Origin: Vampirovibrionaceae bacterium NZW_1234
GTDB lineage: Bacteria > Cyanobacteriota > Vampirovibrionia > Vampirovibrionales > JAGQHJ01
Assembly (NCBI GenBank): GCA_041697335.1
Contig: JBGUGD010000038.1
Location: 64,001 to 128,000 of the forward strand
Length of the DNA stretch: 64,000 bases
Direction of reading: 5' to 3'
In this document: positions 59,006 to 64,000 of the stretch, one piece after another
Layout of the letters: each line of letters starts with the position of its first letter
Position numbering within the stretch: position 1 is the first letter of the stretch
Made by a program: the position numbers and the translations under genes
Notes under the pieces: model-generated
What the model was told of the DNA's origin: nothing
Database searches by the model: none
Seen by the model: only the letters and a program-made list of their open reading frames with translations

Positions 59006-60190
59006 ATGGCTTTGGAACAGGCATACTCACAACCCCCGCTCCTGGTGACCTATCAACTGGTCCTGCCCCCGGAGAAACTGAACGCCGCTACCGTCGAATC
59101 GATGGCGAACAAGATTGCCATTGGCCAGACCGTGGGCACGGAACTTGCAGCCGATCTGACCTTGCTGAGCGACTACCGGGCCACGGTGGCCGACTATCGA
59201 ATTTTGCCGGAAACCACCCCCGAGGGCGAAGGCATTGCACTGATCCAAATTGCCTTTCCGCTCAATACCGTCATCAGCGATATTGGCACCCTGACTTGCG
59301 TGATTTTCGGCAAGCTGTCGATGTCCGGCAAGATCCGCCTCGTGGAAATCGATGTTCCTCCCGTGTTAGCCGAGCGGTTTGGCGGTCCCAAGTTTGGCTT
59401 GGCGGGCATTCGTGAGCGTGCCCAGGTGGCTGAAGGCCCCTTGCTGATGAGTATTTTTAAGCCCTGCCTGGGCCTTCCCGGGCACATGCTGGCAGAAAAG
59501 CTTTTTCAAACCGGCTTGGGCGGCGTTAACATGGTCAAGGACGACGAGGTTATCTCCGATCCGGATTTTGACAGCGCCCGCCGCCGTCTGGCCGCTTGCC
59601 TGGCGGCCTCTGAAAAAGTAAAACAGGAGACCGGAAAACCCATTCTCTATGCCATCAATCTCTCCGGCCCTGCCGATACCCTATTGGATCGGGCTCGGAC
59701 CCTGGCCCGTGACGGCGCCCCTATGCTGCTGTTCAACTACCTGTGCTATGGCCTGCCGATGCTCTCGGCCCTGCAAGCGGATCCGGCAGTCAATATCCCC
59801 CTGATGGCACACCCTTCCCTGGCTGGGGCGTTTTATGGCTCACCATGGCATGGGGTTTCGCCCAAAGCCCTGTTTGGCCAGCTGCCTCGATTGGCCGGGG
59901 CGGATCTGGTCCTGTTTCCCAGTCCCTATGGATCGGTCGCCCTGGGCTTTGAAGATGCCATGCGGGTGAAAGCGGCTTTAAGCGTGGAAATGTCCGGCCT
60001 AAAACCAAGTGCCGTGGTGCCGTCCGCCGGTATCAAAGCCAGCATGGTCCCGGCCATCCTCAAGGATTTTGGCTCGGATGTGGTCATCAACGCCGGAACC
60101 GGCATCCACGATCACCCGCAGGGTTCTGCCGACGGCGCCCGGGAGTTTGTTCGGGCCATCCGGGACTATCACGCCGTTCCGGCGGTTTAG
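59006..60190 (+). CDS. mtnW: RuBisCO-like protein (form IV), DK-MTP-1-P enolase
   Basis: GKLSM, GPKFG, MSIFKP, VKDDE, MAHP, PSAGI; mtnX/mtnB context. Confidence 0.88.
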   Translation: MALEQAYSQPPLLVTYQLVLPPEKLNAATVESMANKIAIGQTVGTELAADLTLLSDYRATVADYRILPETTPEGEGIALIQIAFPLNTVISDIGTLTCVIFGKLSMSGKIRLVEIDVPPVLAERFGGPKFGLAGIRERAQVAEGPLLMSIFKPCLGLPGHMLAEKLFQTGLGGVNMVKDDEVISDPDFDSARRRLAACLAASEKVKQETGKPILYAINLSGPADTLLDRARTLARDGAPMLLFNYLCYGLPMLSALQADPAVNIPLMAHPSLAGAFYGSPWHGVSPKALFGQLPRLAGADLVLFPSPYGSVALGFEDAMRVKAALSVEMSGLKPSAVVPSAGIKASMVPAILKDFGSDVVINAGTGIHDHPQGSADGAREFVRAIRDYHAVPAV

Positions 60191-60200
60191 GGGACCTGTC

Positions 60201-60905
60201 GTGAGCGTCGTCATCGAGCATCGCCAGCCGGTTATCTTTAGTGATTTTGACGGGACCATTACCGAACGGGACGTCATTCAGATGATTATGGAAGCCTTTG
60301 CCCCACCCGTGTGGAAGGACATTGTGGCTCAAATCCTGGATGCCCGGACCTTGAGCATTAAAGACGGGGTGACCCAACTGTTTGACCTTCTCCCGGGCAG
60401 CCTGCATGACGATATTGTTGCCTTTGTGAAAGAGAATGTGCGCTTTCGGCCCGGCTTTCCCGAGTTTCTGACGTTTTGCCAGGCCAAGGGCATCCCCTTT
60501 AATGTGGTCAGTGGCGGCGTCGACTTTTTTATCGAGCCTGTTCTGGCCCCCTATCGGGATCGGTTGACCCTGTACTGCAATCGCGCCCGGATGACACCGG
60601 AGCGCATTGAACTGAGTTTCCCTTATGGCGCCACCGATTGCGAGCCATGCAACCAGTGTGCCTGTTGCAAAATCGGGATTCTGGACAGGTACTCCCCCGA
60701 GACCCACTACAGAATCGGTATTGGGGACAGCATTACGGATTTGGGGATGTCCCGGCGTGCGGATTGGACCTTTGCCCGAAGCCGCCTGATTGACTATACG
60801 GCTGAAGCCGGAATCCCCACAACGCCGTTTGAGACCTTTTATGACATACAAGCGGCCCTGGAGGCCAAACTGACGGAGGTGCCCCTTGGAAGCCCTCGAT
60901 CGTAA
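60201..60905 (+). CDS. mtnX: HK-MTPenyl-1-P phosphatase (HAD IB)
   Basis: FSDFDGTIT, VVSGG, CACCK, IGDSITD. Confidence 0.88.
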   Translation: MSVVIEHRQPVIFSDFDGTITERDVIQMIMEAFAPPVWKDIVAQILDARTLSIKDGVTQLFDLLPGSLHDDIVAFVKENVRFRPGFPEFLTFCQAKGIPFNVVSGGVDFFIEPVLAPYRDRLTLYCNRARMTPERIELSFPYGATDCEPCNQCACCKIGILDRYSPETHYRIGIGDSITDLGMSRRADWTFARSRLIDYTAEAGIPTTPFETFYDIQAALEAKLTEVPLGSPRS

Positions 60906-61557
60906 CACCGCACAACAGCACATCATCGATGCCGCCCGCCTGTTTTATGATCGGGGCTGGTTGTTGGGCACCGCCGGAAACCTGTCGGTGAGACTTTCGG
61001 CGTCGCCACTCAAGTTTGTAATTACCGCAAGCGGCGTTGATAAAGGCCTGCTCTCCCATGAGGATTTTGTGGTGGTGGATGCCCAAGGCCAATTGACGGA
61101 AGCCTCCTCCCATAAAGCCTCTGCCGAGACCTTGCTGCATGCCGCGATTTATCAGGCCTATCCCCACGCCGGGGCCGTGTATCATGTGCATTCCGTTGCC
61201 GGGACGACCTTGTCCCAGACCATGCCCGCCGAGGCCCGGAGTCTGCGGTTTGAAGGTCTGGAGATGATCAAGGGCCTGGGCTTCAACACCCATGAGACCT
61301 CGATTGACCTGCCTGTTGTGGACAACCACCAGGACATGGCCTATCTGGGACAATGCTTTCCGGAGGTCGCCAACCCCGAGGTGCCGGGGTTAATGCTGAA
61401 GGGGCACGGCATCTATACCTGGGGCCGTACTCCGTTTGAGGCCAAGCGGCATATCGAAATCTGGGAATTTCTGTTTCAGGTGAGCCTTAACCAACGGCTG
61501 CTGGGGGCGTTGCCGTCACCGGCTCATACACCGCTTCCCATCCGGCAGGGGTCATAA
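60886..61557 (+). CDS. mtnB: Methylthioribulose-1-phosphate dehydratase
   Basis: GTAGNLS, ITASGVDKG, SAETLLH, HVHS, GHGIYTWG. Confidence 0.92.
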   Translation: MEALDRNTAQQHIIDAARLFYDRGWLLGTAGNLSVRLSASPLKFVITASGVDKGLLSHEDFVVVDAQGQLTEASSHKASAETLLHAAIYQAYPHAGAVYHVHSVAGTTLSQTMPAEARSLRFEGLEMIKGLGFNTHETSIDLPVVDNHQDMAYLGQCFPEVANPEVPGLMLKGHGIYTWGRTPFEAKRHIEIWEFLFQVSLNQRLLGALPSPAHTPLPIRQGS

Positions 61558-62026
61558 ACACCCGCAAGGCCACAATGAAACGGTCCTCGGCCAAGGTGAA
61601 CCAATGACGCGTATAGGCAGGCACCACGATGAGATCGCCTGCCTGCACATGGATGTCAAAGGGCTCGCTGTCCGGGGGCACAATCCCGAAAATACCGTTG
61701 CCACTCAACACCACCCGGACCTCGTCATCGGTATGGTGATGGGTTTTATCGAACTTGGCGAGAATGGCATCGAGGTTGGGGGTCTCCGGTGACAGGCAAA
61801 CGACGTCTTCGGACAAGTAACCATGGGCCTCTTTTAAGGCCTTTAACGGCGCCTCGATGGCCTTGAAAATCTGGGCCTGATACTCTGGGTTCTTGGCGGC
61901 TTCTCGACATACGCTGGGGTCCACGGTGCTGATGTCCCACACCCCGCGCTCAATGCCAACCGGGTCGCACAGGCGAGCCATCTCTTCAGGCTGCGTGAAT
62001 TTCGTTGTGCCTTGTTGTATCCACAT
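61487..62026 (-). CDS. mtnD: Acireductone dioxygenase
   Basis: HHHTDDEVR, GDLIVVPA..HWF, ALRVF...GW. Confidence 0.9.
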   Translation of the reverse strand: MWIQQGTTKFTQPEEMARLCDPVGIERGVWDISTVDPSVCREAAKNPEYQAQIFKAIEAPLKALKEAHGYLSEDVVCLSPETPNLDAILAKFDKTHHHTDDEVRVVLSGNGIFGIVPPDSEPFDIHVQAGDLIVVPAYTRHWFTLAEDRFIVALRVFMTPAGWEAVYEPVTATPPAAVG

Positions 62027-62210
62027 GGGTCCCGTCTCCAGACTCAGTACCACTCTGGCGGTTATTGTAGCGTAAATGGAGACCCATGTCCCAAGGGGAC
62101 GCTTTAAATTCGTTCACACACTAGCATCAATCCGGCTTGAGAGGATTTTATGCCGCTAATTTCGGGTGTGAACCTTATGGTTACGATGGGACAAACTTGG
62201 GAGATGGGAT

Positions 62211-62921
62211 ATGCATTTGAATGCGGTTCAGTCCGTCCGCTTTGGCGGTTTTCACGTGTCGGAAAAACGCTTTCGGGACAAGGACATGATTATTTTTTGC
62301 TTGGGCGGCGGGCCTTATGAAACGTTTAGTACACTGGAAATGAGTCAATACCGCCAGGCGGCTCCTGTGGTAACCTGTGTCGATGACCACTTTCCGGAAT
62401 TGACGTACAAAAGTCCGTTTGACATCCGGCCGGCGATGATGGCCCACTTTGGCTGGGAACAGGATCCCTGGCAACAGTTGAAGGTCAGCCTGGAGCCCAA
62501 GGAGCCGTTTAAGGCCTTGGCGAGTAGCTTGGCGTCTCAGCGGGAGTTGATTGCTGCCTTCATGATGCAGAATCAAGCCCGTGCCCGGGCATTATTAACA
62601 GACCTGTGCTCGCAGATGACCTTGCGGCCTTCGCAACGCAACACCAAAACGGATGACGGCGAATCCAAGCCCGCCCTGAAAGAAAGCCTGGAACGGCTTC
62701 GCCAGATGAACATTCGCCCCCCTTATCTGCCTGATGAGATACCGGAGGATCAGCACGAATCCGTTTTTGCAGAAACCAAGCGCCGTATCCTTGACGCCTT
62801 GGCCAACCCGCTCACCAAGCTGACCTACCGGGTCATGGTGAAGGATGACTCGGCCCAGGAGACCCAAGGGCATTTGAAAGTGGCCCTGGAAGTGCCCAAA
62901 GTGGACACAGGACTTCAGTAG
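62211..62921 (+). CDS. Hypothetical protein starting MHLNAVQSVRFG
   Basis: GGGAG RBS; 236 aa. Confidence 0.65.
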   Translation: MHLNAVQSVRFGGFHVSEKRFRDKDMIIFCLGGGPYETFSTLEMSQYRQAAPVVTCVDDHFPELTYKSPFDIRPAMMAHFGWEQDPWQQLKVSLEPKEPFKALASSLASQRELIAAFMMQNQARARALLTDLCSQMTLRPSQRNTKTDDGESKPALKESLERLRQMNIRPPYLPDEIPEDQHESVFAETKRRILDALANPLTKLTYRVMVKDDSAQETQGHLKVALEVPKVDTGLQ

Positions 62922-63052
62922 CCTGTTTATTTGCCGATAACCGGATACATCTTCATGCGACGGGGGGTACACCCCCTCTAGCGAAAGGCACAACGGAATT
63001 GCTATAATGGATGTATCAGGACACGAATGCAATCGGAAAGGTAGGCCCTTGT

Positions 63053-63226
63053 ATGACCCAAACCGCCCATGAACCCCACGTTCACTCCGAACACTGCGGG
63101 CATCATCACCACAGCCATAGCCCCTATGTGCGCGAGTCAGCCAAGATCGGGCGGAATGACAAGTGTCCCTGCAACAGCGGAAAGAAATTCAAAAAGTGCT
63201 GCGGCAGCGCCGATGCCGCCAAATAG
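63053..63226 (+). CDS. Small His-rich SEC-C motif protein
   Basis: [14 protein letters not shown] then [18 protein letters not shown]. Confidence 0.88.
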   Translation: MTQTAHEPHVHSEHCGHHHHSHSPYVRESAKIGRNDKCPCNSGKKFKKCCGSADAAK

Positions 63227-63253
63227 CCGTTCATCGGGCTTAACGTAAGACTT

Positions 63254-63289
63254 AAACAAAACCGCCACCTCTGGTGGCGGTTTTTGTTT
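63254..63289 (+). terminator. Intrinsic terminator
   Basis: aaaaccgccacc-tc-tggtggcggttttt. Confidence 0.8.
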
Positions 63290-63486
63290 GGCGCTCGCCA
63301 TGCCGCTTTTCCCCGGGGTTGTGAAACATACCAAGGGGGCTTCTCTTCAGAATTTCTAAATATTTGTAAATCCAAGGGAATGACAACTATCAAAAAATTC
63401 TTAAGATCTTGTTTTTATATGTATACGTAACAGTTCTCTCGAACACTCGCCATGGGCGAGGTGTGACAGGTTGGAGGCGACATTTT

Positions 63487-63759
63487 ATGTCAGGCTTTGA
63501 CAAAATCCCTGGATTTTTTAAGCCACAATTTCAAAATTTTTCGCCCTCCCCCGCAGCGCAACGCCGGGTGGAGCCCAACCCGTTTGAGACCGCAAACGCC
63601 TTTCCCAATTCGCCGTTTTCGAACTTCGCCTCCACCATGGGGCAGTCGGATCCGGGTGGGATAGACATTGAAGCCGTCTTGCGAGATCTGGAACAAATGG
63701 CCAAGATGATGGACGCGCCCAAGCGCCTGCCCGGAACCGGGATCGATCGTCTCAGTTAA
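63487..63759 (+). CDS. Small hypothetical protein
   Basis: GGAGG RBS. Confidence 0.55.
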   Translation: MSGFDKIPGFFKPQFQNFSPSPAAQRRVEPNPFETANAFPNSPFSNFASTMGQSDPGGIDIEAVLRDLEQMAKMMDAPKRLPGTGIDRLS

Positions 63760-63837
63760 GACGTTTCTTGAACCCAATGCATCGGTTCCCGTTCGGTCTG
63801 TCAGATCGGGCGTTCGAGCTACAGCGCCAGCTTTCCT

Positions 63838-63872
63838 AAAGAGGAACGGAAAACTTTTCCGTTCCTCTTTTC
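63838..63872. terminator. Bidirectional terminator
   Basis: aaagaggaacggaaaa-c-ttttccgttcctcttt between convergent ORFs. Confidence 0.8.
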
Positions 63873-64000
63873 GTAGTCATCCTAAAAACGAGAGCCCTTA
63901 AGCCTGGGCACCATAGGTGGCGTTGCGGTACTTGGTTTTCAACGCCTCCGTTTTCGCCAGGACAGCTGCACTCAAGAGCTGCTTGGGCCGAGGGTATGTA

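Noticed and set aside
59006..60190. Carbon-fixing RuBisCO
   Set aside because: Short form IV sequence within mtn genes; no rbcS or prk.

Overview
Bacterial chromosomal window. It is most consistent with a non-photosynthetic relative of cyanobacteria (Vampirovibrionia/Melainabacteria); this is inferred from an NblS-like kinase, a Yfr1-type motif, a YvyF-like flagellar protein and no photosynthesis genes in the window. Positions 1-17 kb hold a surface-glycan locus with a complete Campylobacter Cj1415-Cj1418-like phosphoramidate module. The rest carries housekeeping genes (cdd, nadBC, ftsH, kdsD, dnaX, rpsF-ssb-rpsR, ispF, xerC, a RuBisCO-like methionine salvage cluster mtnW/X/B/D), a HigBA pair, an orphan DNA methyltransferase and many orphan ORFs. 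The most striking unexplained structures are: (1) two tandem unannotated leader peptides that both encode AQQQQRRRR, each with its own terminator and antiterminator, upstream of an unknown membrane protein; (2) a shared N-terminal 'RFG' motif on about ten unrelated orphan proteins, a possible export signal; (3) an N/Q/G/F-rich protein with 41-aa tandem repeats and a divergent partner sharing LNFNG; (4) twin sRNA-like elements flanking the methyltransferase; (5) a Yfr1-motif sRNA candidate; (6) a recurring HLR1-like operator. All calls come from reading motifs by eye; no database searches were run.
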